Source of the DNA: Squalus acanthias
Lineage: Eukaryota
DNA length: 64,000 bases
NCBI GenBank assembly: GCA_030390025.1
Contig: CM059425.1
Location: forward strand, 169,696,001-169,760,000
Direction: 5' to 3'
The notes beneath the pieces were generated by a model, which was given only the letters and a program-made list of their open reading frames with translations, ran no database searches and was not told the DNA's origin. Below are positions 13,032 through 24,529 of this stretch, piece by piece; the first letter of the stretch is position 1, and each line of letters begins with the position of its first letter. The translations under genes and the position numbers were made by a program.

Positions 13032-13858
13032 TCAAGAAATCAACTCATCACCCTTGTGCATTCCCTTAGTTACTGTATTGTGTGTGCCTTTGCCTATCCT
13101 AGTGATGTCACACAGTGCTACCCCAGTGGCTGCAGCATGGCTGGTGGAAGGCTGCTGACTTTCAGTGGGGGACACTGCGAATGGCCTTGCTGATCGACCT
13201 TGAGTAGCTGGTGGCTCGGAGTATGAAATCGAGTGATAGTGCTTCTTCTTCTTCTTCACTCTCCCTCTTCTTGGTAAACCACTGGCTGGGCAGGCTGCAT
13301 TTTTTGGGTGCGTGAAATGAGGAAGGCACAAGGGTGGAGTTGTGGTGAGGGGAGGGCAGGAAAGCAAGAGGATAAAGTATGAGGATACCAGCATCTTGTA
13401 TCCTTTCTGCTCTGCCGCTGGCCAAGGGCTCAGCCATGCCCCTGCCAAGAATGGCCAGCACCGTCTCCTCCAAGGGGGTGAGGTGAGGCTAGGAATGGGA
13501 GATGTGCCTCGTGATTGGTACAGATTGCTGGTAGGTGAGTGATGGAGGGAGGGGGGTCGTGCATTGAACAGTGTGTTAGGCTAGTGATTCAGTTGGTCGG
13601 AGATGGCTTTTGAAGATGAATTCATTGACCTTGGCCAGTGGTCTGAGGTCCTGAAGCTTCTTTGGGCACTGGATCCAGGTGGTGGGGTGACACTGCTGGC
13701 AATGACGGGCCTCGGTGATGTGGTCCCACATCATTCTTTCTGGAGGGCTTCCTGGCTCCTGTGGGTAGAGGACCTCTCTTGGAGTGTTGACCCCCTGCAC
13801 AAAGCTGGAGTGCTGTGTGCGAGACCCTGGGTACCCCTTCCCTGGCTTGATGAGCCAT
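13032..13858 (-). pseudogene. Decayed Harbinger Myb/SANT gene of element D1
   Basis: Fragments MAHQAREGVPRVS, TWIQCPKK, EETVLAILGRGMAEPLASG and QQPSTSHAAATG match the other Myb genes; frameshifts and deletions. Confidence 0.75.
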
Positions 13859-14339
13859 TTGTGTTTGTGCTGGAGCACTATTCTCATTTTTTGAGGTGCG
13901 GAAAGGAATTCAGATTTATGAGCTGAAGACTCCCATTTGGGACTTCTTTTTAATGTTAATTTAAAAAAAATGCAGTCAGGGCTAAAAGTTCCTTTTTTTA
14001 ACTTCATTTTTATTTTTATTTGTTCATAATGCATTGCCCTTTTAATGCATTGCCTCTTTAATGTCCCACAATGCCTAGCGAACTCATTGCCTCGCTTCCA
14101 GAGATGGAACGTTGCTTCTGGACGCCAACTTCGCTACTGATGCCTGCACTAACGCCACCAGGAGGGCGTTACACGGTAAGTTAGCGCTGGGCGAAAGATC
14201 TTTAGTCCCTGGCACGAATTCTTCTCTTCTACCGCCTCGACCATTTTCAGCGGCCATTAACCCAAGGCCGCGGTGACACCGGGATCTTGTGGCGGTCACG
14301 AATTTCCAGGCCCCAATTCCTCCCCACAGCAAACCTGCA

Positions 14340-14497
14340 GGGCTGGAAAATTCTTCGGAGCTGCTCCCACTCCGCTGCTGTAACTTTGCCGGAAGTGCAG
14401 TAGAAACCTCATTTACATGCATAAACAGGGCTTCCCTCACACTCCCAGTGAAATTACGGTGGCTGAGTGGGTGCAGCTCGGAGGAAAGACCCAGCCC
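14340..14497. mobile_element. MITE-like hairpin element (Harbinger-type ends)
   Basis: ~57-bp imperfect inverted repeats starting GGGCTGG...CCAGCCC. Confidence 0.65.
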
Positions 14498-14597
14498 CCT
14501 GGTCTTGATGAACATGCTTTAAAATTTAATCCAATGGAAATCAGCAATATCACTAACAGCTTAGGTGTTATTTTGGAGATTTTCATTTTGTTCGAGT

Positions 14598-14820
14598 AGG
14601 GTTAAATTGGGCCGTGTAGGGCCCATTTTTCCGGCACTACACAGCCTCCTAAGGGCCCAAAATGGCGGGCAGGAAGCGTGCGCACGCTTACTACCAGAAG
14701 CACGGCCTGCCATATCGGGTCAAGACAAACAAGAGGTCTTCTTTAACCACGTCTGAAGCAGGCAGTAGTCCATTTGCATTTGCAAATAAGGGGCCTAAAA
14801 CCTGCTTCAGGTCCCTGCTG
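14598..14820. mobile_element. Harbinger terminal fragment
   Basis: gggttaaattgggcc...ccaaaatggc resembles the left end of element A at 19749. Confidence 0.5.
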
Positions 14821-16039
14821 TATTCCACTGATATTTGAACATTTAAACTACTATCTACAAGTTTTGTTGACATCCCGCAGGCTTTTGATTTTGTCAGTAA
14901 GGTTATGCCCTTCTGATGTTGCACGACATTCCTCATTGCAGGTTGTCCACCTGCCTTTTTCCTTCATTTCTTCCTCCTTATCTTCGGCGCACAGCATTAT
15001 GTTGCCTTCTTCCAAGGATTCAACCATGGTTTGGGATCTAGATTTTTTGAATGATCTATATAGAAATTAATGTATGATTTGTCAACATATGACTCTGGAC
15101 TATCATCTGAGCAGATTTTTTTTTAAACTGCTGTATAATACATTGAACTAGAAAATACATTTTGCAAGGCTCCAAGAATATATTGTGGAGGCCAGTGTGC
15201 CTGATTAGTACATTCTTGATTTTCAAGTGATTCATTTTAATGACCAGAAAATTGTGAGTCCACGAATTAGGCCTGCTGACCCTCTCCCCCATTTCTTTGA
15301 TCCATGCTGCTGTCCACTTACAAGACCTTACAAATAATGCTGTAACATAGTGGACGTTTCCCGGTTTGAGTATTACATGGATGGACAGTGAAGGAGACAT
15401 ATGTGCTGGCTGGCTGGAGGAAGCGGTCTTAGACCCGGTCGATTTTGGTGCTGGGCCCTAGTTAGAATGAGCTGTCAGTGAGAAACCCACTCCCCAGTGT
15501 GGAGCTCCTCGCCCTAGAGGCAGGGAATCAGGCAGGACAGCCGAATCTGAAGGGCCTGCAGCAGCACCTTAAAGGGAAGGGCTATTAGCTTTGGGAATAA
15601 AACGAAGCAGAACTTTAGAGCAGCTGGACACATGTGTGCAGAATCTACAGCAGCAAATTAAATTTAGAAGTCATTAAGGCTCAAAAATCAGAAACATCTG
15701 CCATAGAAATTCCTCCCAAACCTCCACCCAACTTTTCTTCACTGCAGGTGAGGATTCCTTTAACTATTACTGGAAATGGCCGCCTCCTGACTTGTGTCAC
15801 CCATCGCTGATGGATAGAAGCAGGAACTGGCGGCAGTCAGATGGGCCAAGATGAAAATGGCACCCTGAAAATTGGGAAGGGTGGCAACTCGACAATATGT
15901 CAGCACCATCACCAATCGTGTAAATTTAGCCCTGCTTTTAAATGCAAACAGTGGGGGGAGTGACACAAAAATCACCCCCATGGTAATATTTTGGGCAGGA
16001 GAAGACAACTGGTCCGTTTAGCTTACCTCTCCATTAGGC

Positions 16040-17120
16040 TTCTTCCTGTGACTCCAGAACTAGCGGTCCTGAATCTTGTTTACTAAAAGGAATCCATCCA
16101 ATCTTTTTTCAAACCTGCCATGGGTTTCTGTTCCTCCACCTCCTCTGGTAATCTTTTCCACAATTCTATCACCTTACTGTAAAAATGTTGCCTAAATTTT
16201 CTATTTTCTTTTGTACTCCTTAAATTTAAGATGTGTCTCCTCACCCTTTAATCCTGTGCCCAACAGAAGAACATTTCTTGGAAATAATTCTTCGATAACC
16301 CTAAAAACTTTACAGATCTCTATCCTCTTCTTAGGAGAGTAAATTCCCAGTTTAGGCATTCTATCCTTATATTCCAGACCTTACAGTTCAAAAATCAGTC
16401 TGGTAGCCCTCCTCCAGACTCCCCCCAGTCACTGTGAGGAAGTAAATTTCCTCGGATCATCTCCCGCTCCTCCACCACAACTTTGGCAGACGTTCAGAGG
16501 AACCCCGTTTATGCATGTAATATGGAAACCAAAACTGAATACTCAGTCTGAGCAAGGTCAAATATAACCTCAAAATCTTTTCCTTTGTCTTGCAGCTATA
16601 TATTTTACTTACTTTTTAGCCCACATGTGCATACTGAACAAACACTTTTTAATGGCCCATCCATCAAAACCCTCAAATCTCTTTCCTGCTCTATTACCTC
16701 AAGCAAGTTACTCAACGTTCTCGATTATTCTACTTAATCTCAAGACATTACATTGTCTGTGTTGAACTCCATCTGCCTTCTGTCTACCCATTAACCTTGC
16801 CTGTCTAGATTCACTTGGATTATCACCCATTATTTAGTGCCATTGTCCACTGCACCCCATTTGCAAACTTACACAACATTCCACCCTCCAAGCCATTTCT
16901 AAAACTTATAAGCACATTGGCTCCAACACCAACCCCTGTGGAATTCCACTATCAACCAATTTTCACTCTAATACCTCCCGATGCACCACTAAACTTTGCT
17001 GTCTATCTTTCAGTATGAACCAACCTAGCCTAATACTTTACCATCTATCCCATGGGCATATACCTTTTAAATTAGTTTGCTATGCGGGACAGTGTCAAAT
17101 GCCTTTCTGAAATCCATTAT
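16040..17120 (-). mobile_element. Old degraded CR1 fragments
   Basis: Decayed CR1 RT signatures, e.g. gtgtcaaatgcctttctgaaatcc and tccacaattctatcacc. Confidence 0.6.
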
Positions 17121-17239
17121 TTCCACTATTAAATCATAATATTTTTATAACTATTATATTTTCCACTGTATTCTGCTAATATTTCCTCTTCATGTCTCTT
17201 ATTAAGCTCTTGGCCTTCCTTTGGGTACACACATAAAAA

Positions 17240-17545
17240 TCACAACAACTTTCACTTAACGTAGAGAAACATCCCAAGGTGCTTCAAAAAGGGATCATTT
17301 TTTTAAAAAATAGACTAAGGAAGGAGATATTAGGGGGGGGGGTGCCATAAGCTTCATCAAAGAAGTGATTTTAAGGAGGGTCTTGGAGGTAGAGCGGCGC
17401 AGAGGTTCAGGGAGGAAATTCTAGAATGTGAGGCCTAACCACCTGAAGGCACAGCCACCAATGGTGGATAAGGAAGGGTGGCGGGTTATGTGCAAGAGGC
17501 CAGAGTCAGAAGAACAGAGCATTCTGTGGTTGCAGGCCTGGAGGA
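17240..17545 (-). mobile_element. Old L2-like LINE 3' end
   Basis: Minus strand TIGGCAF..LG...WNS-like remnant and L2-type 3' terminus. Confidence 0.55.
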
Positions 17546-19357
17546 GGTTAAAACATGGAAACAGACCGTTCAGTCCAATCAATCCATGTTGGTGTTTATC
17601 CTCTGCACGGGCAGTAGTCTTAATCCCATGTGACTTTCCTATTCCCATATCCCTATATAAACCTTTTATTCAACCATCTATCTAACATCTGTATCCTGCT
17701 CCTTGTACATTTCAGAATTTTATTAATCTTATTTTTCTCCCTTTCATAACTCCTTTATCATCTACGTTGATTTTACTCTCCTGTCCTCAATTCATTTCTG
17801 GGTTAAACTGCAACTGCAATGTTAAAAAAAAAAAATTCTAAAGCTTTCCGATTTTCTCTCCACATCCTTCCCTTTAAATACTTTTCTCCATTTCATTTGG
17901 TTTCAGGTAGCATATACCCTCTCTTGAAATCCAATTTCTTAATAGTTTTTATTATCTGTTCTATCCTCATTTAAACCTTAAAAGTAAGAACAGAGTGTTC
18001 ATCGAAGTAGCAACATTGTGAGAGGAGATAAAAATGAATGATGACGTTGGTCCTGAATTTTCTTAGACTTTCCGCTGCTATGTGCCATAACTTTTTCGTG
18101 AGTAATGGCATCACAGTGGTGGAAAATCCGAGGAAATTCAGGGCCAAATTAATTTTTCGGTTAACATTTTGACACCCACCCACTTGATGTAAGTAAATTG
18201 CTTCTCGAGACCTTCAGTTGCTGAATTTACACATGAGCTATTTTACAACTCATCCTCCATAAAATGTGACTCATGTCTTAATGGTACACCATTTAGTTTC
18301 TGTACAAAATCCAGTCAAAATAATTAAAAGGTGAGGAATGTTACTTCTGGTTGTTAAACTGTTTAATTTGCATGATGGGACCTAATGTTCCACCAGTGCT
18401 AAACCTGTGAGTGACAAACTTTCAGTTAATGATTATTTTTCCTGAAAACTTCAGCTGTTTATTCTTATAGCATTGAAAGGGACACAACAAAGATATTTTC
18501 AGTGTTGAAACAAACTCACCACTTACAACTCAGTGGGTGCTTTGCCCTATCTGGTAGTCACATTTAACCACATGGATACCGGCAAACTATACTTTGGATA
18601 CTTTAATTGAGTGATTTTCAATACCAGGACAAATACATCAAGCAGTAGGTAGGTGAATTCACTGCCAGCAGTAACCCATCATTACTCGCTGATAGGAAAT
18701 CCAGGCCATAGTGTCAGCTTTCTGTTTAACTGCAAACATTAGCTAATGCTCAATTAATTGATAATGATGCTGGCTATCCAAAGAGGTTTTATGCTGATGA
18801 TGTCTGAAAGTGTTCTCCTTTAAGGTTTGCACAAGTCAAAAAGCAACAAAATTGTCTCTGAAGCAATTTCCACTGCACCCTTTCTGTCATTGTCTGATTA
18901 AAATGCTTTAGTGCTTGTCCAGTGTAACAAATGCATCGAGCAAATTGGTCCGACTCCCATTTGCTGCTCTTCCTTGTCTAGATGGTACATTTAAAAAAAT
19001 CAATATTGCACTGACTGCTGGTGGCTGTAAAGAAGACATGTGAGAACTTTAGACAATTTGATTTTGTTTTTTGCTTTTAAAATAACATTATTAATTTATT
19101 TAATATCCACTAACTAAATTACTTTGGGCCTCATGGGCATTGGTTCTGGTCCTAATGTGACTGCAATCACTATAACTCTAATGAACTTTTTAGTGACAGT
19201 TGTTTATTTAATAGATAAATGAAGGCCCAGCTCGTTATTAAATTCATTTTCATTGATTAGAACAAGATTATGCATTTCAGTTCTGGAGTTGGGATGTGGA
19301 AGCTGTGTAAACCAGCAGGCACTCTTTCTTAATTGACCCTCTGCTCACAAATAAGAT

Positions 19358-19529
19358 CATGATGTGGAGATGCCGGCGTTGGACTGGGGTGGACAAAAAT
19401 GAGAAGTCGCACAACACCAGGTTATAGTCCAACAGATTTATTTAATTTTACAAGCTTTCGGAGCTGTCGCTCCTTCCTCAGGTAAGTTAGCAGTGTGAGA
19501 ATCTCCCAGAATTCACAATTTAAACACAG
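19358..19529 (-). mobile_element. 172-bp non-coding Penelope pseudo-LTR / retrozyme-like insertion
   Basis: 11-bp TSD ACAAATAAGAT (19347-19357, 19530-19540); homologous to the reverse complement of 12525-12654; contains a hammerhead. Confidence 0.85.
19448..19485 (-). ncRNA. Minimal type I hammerhead ribozyme motif
   Basis: UUAC-CUGAGGA-A-GGAGC(GACA)GCUCC-GAAA-GC-UU-GUAA; compensatory stem I change relative to the 11343/12528 copies. Confidence 0.87.
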
Positions 19530-20266
19530 ACAAATAAGATGGCTGACCATCTAAGCTCCCTTTGTGGTAACGTATTCTCTGTCTCCTAGAGGTGACCGAA
19601 TCAATATTAACTGACTGGCCTGTGCTGATGTTAGATACTGGCAGTTCCCCATTGTATATTGCTCTCACTTGGTTTAGTCATCTTGCACAGATGCCTAGCC
19701 AAGACAATTAAGTAGCCATTTTAATATAGTATGTGTTGTAAAGCTCATGGGGCAAAATTGGGCTCGGTAGCGCCCGTTTTTGGGGCACTATGAGTGCCCT
19801 TAGGATTCCAAAATGGCATTAGCAGTGCGCGCGCACACTTCTGACACGAAGCATGCTGGACGCCATCTTGATAAAGGGATTAGTGCGCACGTGCTTAACG
19901 TCCACCAGAAGTATGCAGAGCAGGAAAATCATGACATGAATCAGCGTGCAACACTGATTTAACACCAGCGCTGACATTTTGGAGCTCCACGCTCCAGCTG
20001 ATGCCCTCTCTTAATCTTGCATAGCTGAACAGGCGTTAAACAGCATGAATGACCCCCCTGGCCACCACCGCTATTTAAAGGGATCATCAATTACTTACAG
20101 GTTAGTTGCTGGTTGATTTATTCTGGCTTGTTGCTACAATTCTACAAGTGTTTGGTGCTTTCCATAGTTGTTTCAAGTTGCAAAAGTCTACAGGAAGTGG
20201 TATGGCAGGGACTGAAATACTTTTTGCTTATTTCAAGGCTTCTGCAGAAAACAATTGCTCCCAGGC

Positions 20267-22370
20267 ATGGGTGCACTAGTAGGCCTTTCCCTTGGAATAG
20301 CGCATGACTCGGAGAATGAGCAACGGCCACACAGAGCAGGACAAGCTGCTGGAAGAGGGAGGAGACAAGGGCTCTCAGCAGGAGGCCATATCTGCCCAGG
20401 GTGTTCAGGGAGCAACTTTCCTACCTGAACCTCAGTGAGGATCAATGTTTGAGACATCTGTGCTTCACTAAGGAGGTCGTCACTGAAATCTGCCAACTGC
20501 TGCAGCCACAATTCCAACCTCAGAGCAGGGCAAGGATCGCATTGCCAGTGGCTGTGAAGATGACCTTGGCGATGTACTTTTATACGTCTGGCATCTTCCA
20601 GGCTGGTGCTGGAGATATTAGCAACATCTCGTAGTTTGCAGTCTACTTTTGAATAAGGGAGGTCACTGAGGCACTGTACTCAAAGAGAGCTAACTTAATT
20701 TCATTCCCTCTTGACAGAGAGAAGCAGGCAGAATGAGCACGAGGGTTTGCGAGGTTTGCAGACTTCCCCATGATGGAGGGTGCCATTGACTGCACTCACA
20801 TTGCTTTGTGGGCGCTGCATGTCAACTCTGCCATATACCGAAACCGAAAGGGATTCCACTCCCTCAACGTGCAGCTGGTGTGCGACCATAGGCAGCGCAT
20901 CGTGCAGGTCAATGCCCGGTATCCTGGCAACAGTCATGCTGCATTCATTCTGCACCAGTCCTCTGTGCCAGCTGTATTTCAGCCACCACCGCAAAACAAA
21001 AGGTGGCTACTGGGCGACCAGGGCTATCCGCTGATGACATGGCTCATGACTCTGGTTCGCAACCCACGCACACGTATGCAGCATGCATCCAATAAGAGCC
21101 ATGCTGCCACAAGAAATGTGATAGAGCAGCCAAGTGGCAGGCAGTGACTAGTGGGGTAGCGCAGGGATCGGTCCTAGGACCCCAGCTATTCACAATATAT
21201 ATTAATGATCTAGGCGAGGGAAATAGATGTAATATCTCCAAGTTTGCAGATGACACAAAGCTGGGTGGGCGTGTGTGCTGTGAGGAGGATGCCGAGAAAC
21301 TCCAGTATGATTTGGATAGGTTGGGTGATTGGGCAGATGCATGGCAAATGCAGTACAATGTGGATAAATGCGAGGTTATCCACTTTGGTGGCAAAAACAG
21401 GAAGGCAGATTATTATCTGAACGGCAATAGATTGGGAGAAGGGGAAGTGCAACGAGACCTGGGTGTCTTTGTGCACCAGTCGCTGAAGGTAAGCATGCAG
21501 GTGCAGCAGGCGGTTAAGTAGGCAAATGGTATGTTGGCCTTCGTAGCGAGAGGGTTCGAGTACAGGAACAAGGATGTCTTGCTGCAGTTGTACAGAGCCT
21601 TGGTGAGACCACATCTTGAGTATTGTGTGCAGTTTTGGTCGCCTTATCTGAGGAAGGATGTTCTTGCCATGGAGGGAGTGCAGCGAAGATTCACCAGACT
21701 GATACCTGGGATGGCAGGAATGACGTATGAGGAGAGATTGGGTCGATTGGGCTTATACTCGCTGGAGTTTAGAAGAATGAGAGGGGATCTCATTGAAACT
21801 TATAAAATTCTAACAGGACTAGACAGACTAGATGCAGGAAGGATGTTCCCGATGGTGGGGGAGTGCAGAACCAGGGGTCACAGTCTAAGGATAAGGGGTA
21901 AGCCATTTAGGACAGAGATGAGGAGGAATTTCTTCACCCAAAGAGTGGTGAACCTGTGGAATTCTCTACCACAGAAGGCAGTTGAGGCCAATTCATTAAA
22001 CATATTCAAGAAGGAGTTAGATATATTTCTTAAGGCTAAAGGGATCAAGGGATATGGGGAGAAAGCAGGGACAGGGTACTGAATTTGGATGATCAGCCAT
22101 GATCTCATTAAATGGCGGAGCAGGCTCAAGGGGCCGAATGGCCTACTCCTGCTCCTATCTTCTATGATTCTATTCCGCTGCCTGGACCGCTCTGGAGGAG
22201 CCCTGCAGTACTCAGCTGAGCAGGTCTCAAGATTTGTCATGGCATGCTGCATGTTGCACAACCTTGCCATCATGAGGGAACAGCCCTTTCCACCACCTAT
22301 CAGGCGAGAAGTTGAGGAGCAGCAGCATGAGGAGGAGGAGGAGGAGGAAGAGGAAGGGAGTCTAACCTAC
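20267..22370 (+). pseudogene. HARBI1-like DDE transposase of element A, split by a CR1
   Basis: GAIDCTH, RKGFHSLNVQLVCD, LGDQGYPL, RNVIEQ, FRCLDRSGG motifs; several stops; acidic tail. Confidence 0.9.
21133..22172 (+). mobile_element. 5'-truncated CR1 LINE
   Basis: RT motifs, 3' UTR and tail; closely similar to the 3' part of 31766-36247. Confidence 0.95.
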
Positions 22371-22374
22371 ACAG

Positions 22375-23997
22375 CCCTAGCGAAGTGGCAGGGGTGAGAT
22401 CACGAATGCTGTCATCCTGAGAGAGGACAGTAGGTTCGTGTTCCATGGAACTACTGCCATTCTCCCGAGGTGGTGCCTCAGCAATCCTACTAATCTGTTG
22501 GAGGGAAGATTGCTGGTCTGCTGTGAAATCCTGCAGGCGCCTTTGAACACTAGTATCCACAGCCATGATAGCAGCCGTTTGAGCTTGCATGGCAGCAAGC
22601 TGAGATTGCATGATATCAGTTTGAATTTCCACTGCAGTACTCAGACTTTTGGTGGAAGCTACTTGTGCTGCAATGGAAGCTGAGACATCGATTATCAGAT
22701 GTTGCATCATGATTGGGTCCACAAGTATGTTGATGGAGTTGGCCACCAGTTCCATGCTTGAAAGGATGGGCTCCAAGCTCTGCGCAAAGCCCTGTGCCAA
22801 GTTAGTGCCAGACTCTTCCATGCTCCTTGACATTGAACGCAAGCTTTCTGGCAGGCTTCCCAATGCTGCAAGCATTTCAGTGTGTAGACCCATCAGCCTT
22901 CTTCTGCAGTCTGGCCCATCAAGGTCTTCACCTGAGTCCCCTGCAGCAGAACTTGTGGCGACCTCGCCCTCTGGCGAGCTGGCATTTGTGCTATCTTTGC
23001 CCCCTGCCCTGGCTTGTGCCCAATGTTTCACCACATGCATATCTCCCCTCTATGCTATCCTCTAAATTACATGCAATGTCAGTATCTGAGCTGGTGGCTG
23101 TGAGTGTGAAATCAAGTGACGGTGTGTCTTCATCATCACTGTCTTCTTGGTCTTCCTCCATTGCCTGGCCAGGTGGCAGTTCTGGGTATCTGAAAGGATA
23201 AAGGCACAAGGATAAGGTTGTGGTGAGGGGAGAGGAGAAAGTAAGAGGTGCATGCTTACAACATCTGTATCTTGTAAGTCAGAAGAGATTGTGGGATGAG
23301 GGGGAAGTGGAATGTGAGAAGGAGGATTGGGTATGAGGGTACCATCATCTTTTAAAGGTTTCAGCCCCGCCACTGGCCACAGCCTCAGCAATGGCCCTTC
23401 CAATAATGGCCAGCACTGTCTCCTTCATGTGTGTCCGGACAGGCAGGCATGCCTCTCTCCCCCTGGCTAGTTCCTGCTGCCTCCGGCTGTGCGCCACCTT
23501 CTCCTGCAAGAAATAGGGAATTATGTCAGTGAGTGTTATGCAATATGTTTGCGTGATGTGGCTGTCATGGTTGAATGGCTGGCAGTGTGTGCAAGCTGTG
23601 AGATGTGGCTGTGAGGCTTGCAACAGTGCTAATTGTGTGAGGGTAAGGTGAAGCATATGAATGTTAGGTATGAGTCCTGATTGATAGAGATTGTTGGTAG
23701 TTGAGTGATGGGGGTGTAGTGAATTGAGCAGTGGCTGAGGCTAGTGGTGCAGTTGACCTTGACCACTCATGTGAGGTCATTAAACTTCTTGCAACACTGC
23801 ATTCAGGTGTTTGGGGCTTGACTCCTGGCATTTACCTCCACAGCTATCTGTTCCCACTGCCTTTTCATCATGAGTCTGGAGGACCTCCTGCCCCCCTGCA
23901 GATACAGGACATCTCTCCTCCTTTCCACCTCCTCCACCAAAGCCTTTAGTGCAGCATCGGAAAACCTTGGTGCACACTCTCTCCCAGGGTCAGCCAT
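22375..23997 (-). pseudogene. Harbinger Myb/SANT gene of element A (3 exons, with stops)
   Basis: MADPGRECAPRFSDAALKALVEEV...WEQIAVEVN; exon 2 EKVAHSRR; exon 3 acidic and helical region. Confidence 0.85.
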
Positions 23998-24062
23998 TGT
24001 TGTTTGTTGCACAGCACTGTTCAAATGATGTCAGCACCTCCAGTAGCCACAATGCATCTTCC

Positions 24063-24138
24063 CTTAAAGAGGTGCAGACTAGCTTTAAGAGGTGCAGGCT
24101 AGCTTTAAGTAGTGAAGGCTAGCTTTAAGTAGTACTAG
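24063..24138. repeat. 20-bp tandem repeat (about 4 copies) upstream of the Myb gene
   Basis: tttaagaggtgcaggctagc units. Confidence 0.8.
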
Positions 24139-24169
24139 CAAGTAACGTAATTGGGCCCTCTGCTGATGT

Positions 24170-24529
24170 CGTCTTCTTCTTAGGCAGTCCCACGGAACCG
24201 AGGATGACTTGCTTCCACATTAAAAATGAGTTCTCAGGTGACTGATGAGTCCAATGCGGGACCTACAGTCTCTGTCACAGGTGGGGCAGATGGTGGTTGA
24301 AGGGGCGGGTGGGTGGAGTGCTTGGGTTGACGTGCGCTCCTTGCGCTGCTTGCGCTTGGCTTCCGCTTGCTCCCAGCGAAGAGACTCAAGGTGTTCGGCG
24401 CCTTCCCGGGTGCTTCTCCTCCACTTTGTGCGGTCTTGGGCCAGGGATTCCCAGGTGTCAGTGGGGATGTTGCACTTTTTCAAGGAGGCTTTGAGGGTGT
24501 CCTTGAAGCGTTTCCTCTGCCAACCTGGG
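24170..24529 (-). mobile_element. RTE LINE 3' fragment
   Basis: C-terminal CPTCDRDCRSRIGLISHLRTH; (AAG)n tail; TSD GCTGATGT (24162-24169, 24530-24537); nearly identical to 39495-39850. Confidence 0.93.

Larger units (their letters stand above)
2496..14325. mobile_element. Non-autonomous PIF/Harbinger element, family D copy 1; outer element of a multi-level nest; ends approximate
   Basis: 2525-3019, 9078-9146 and 12666-13490 align colinearly with the uninterrupted copy at 50634-52075. It carries an acidic GAG/GAA transposase 3' remnant (12680-12810) and a decayed minus-strand Myb gene. TIRs are degraded. Confidence 0.75.
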
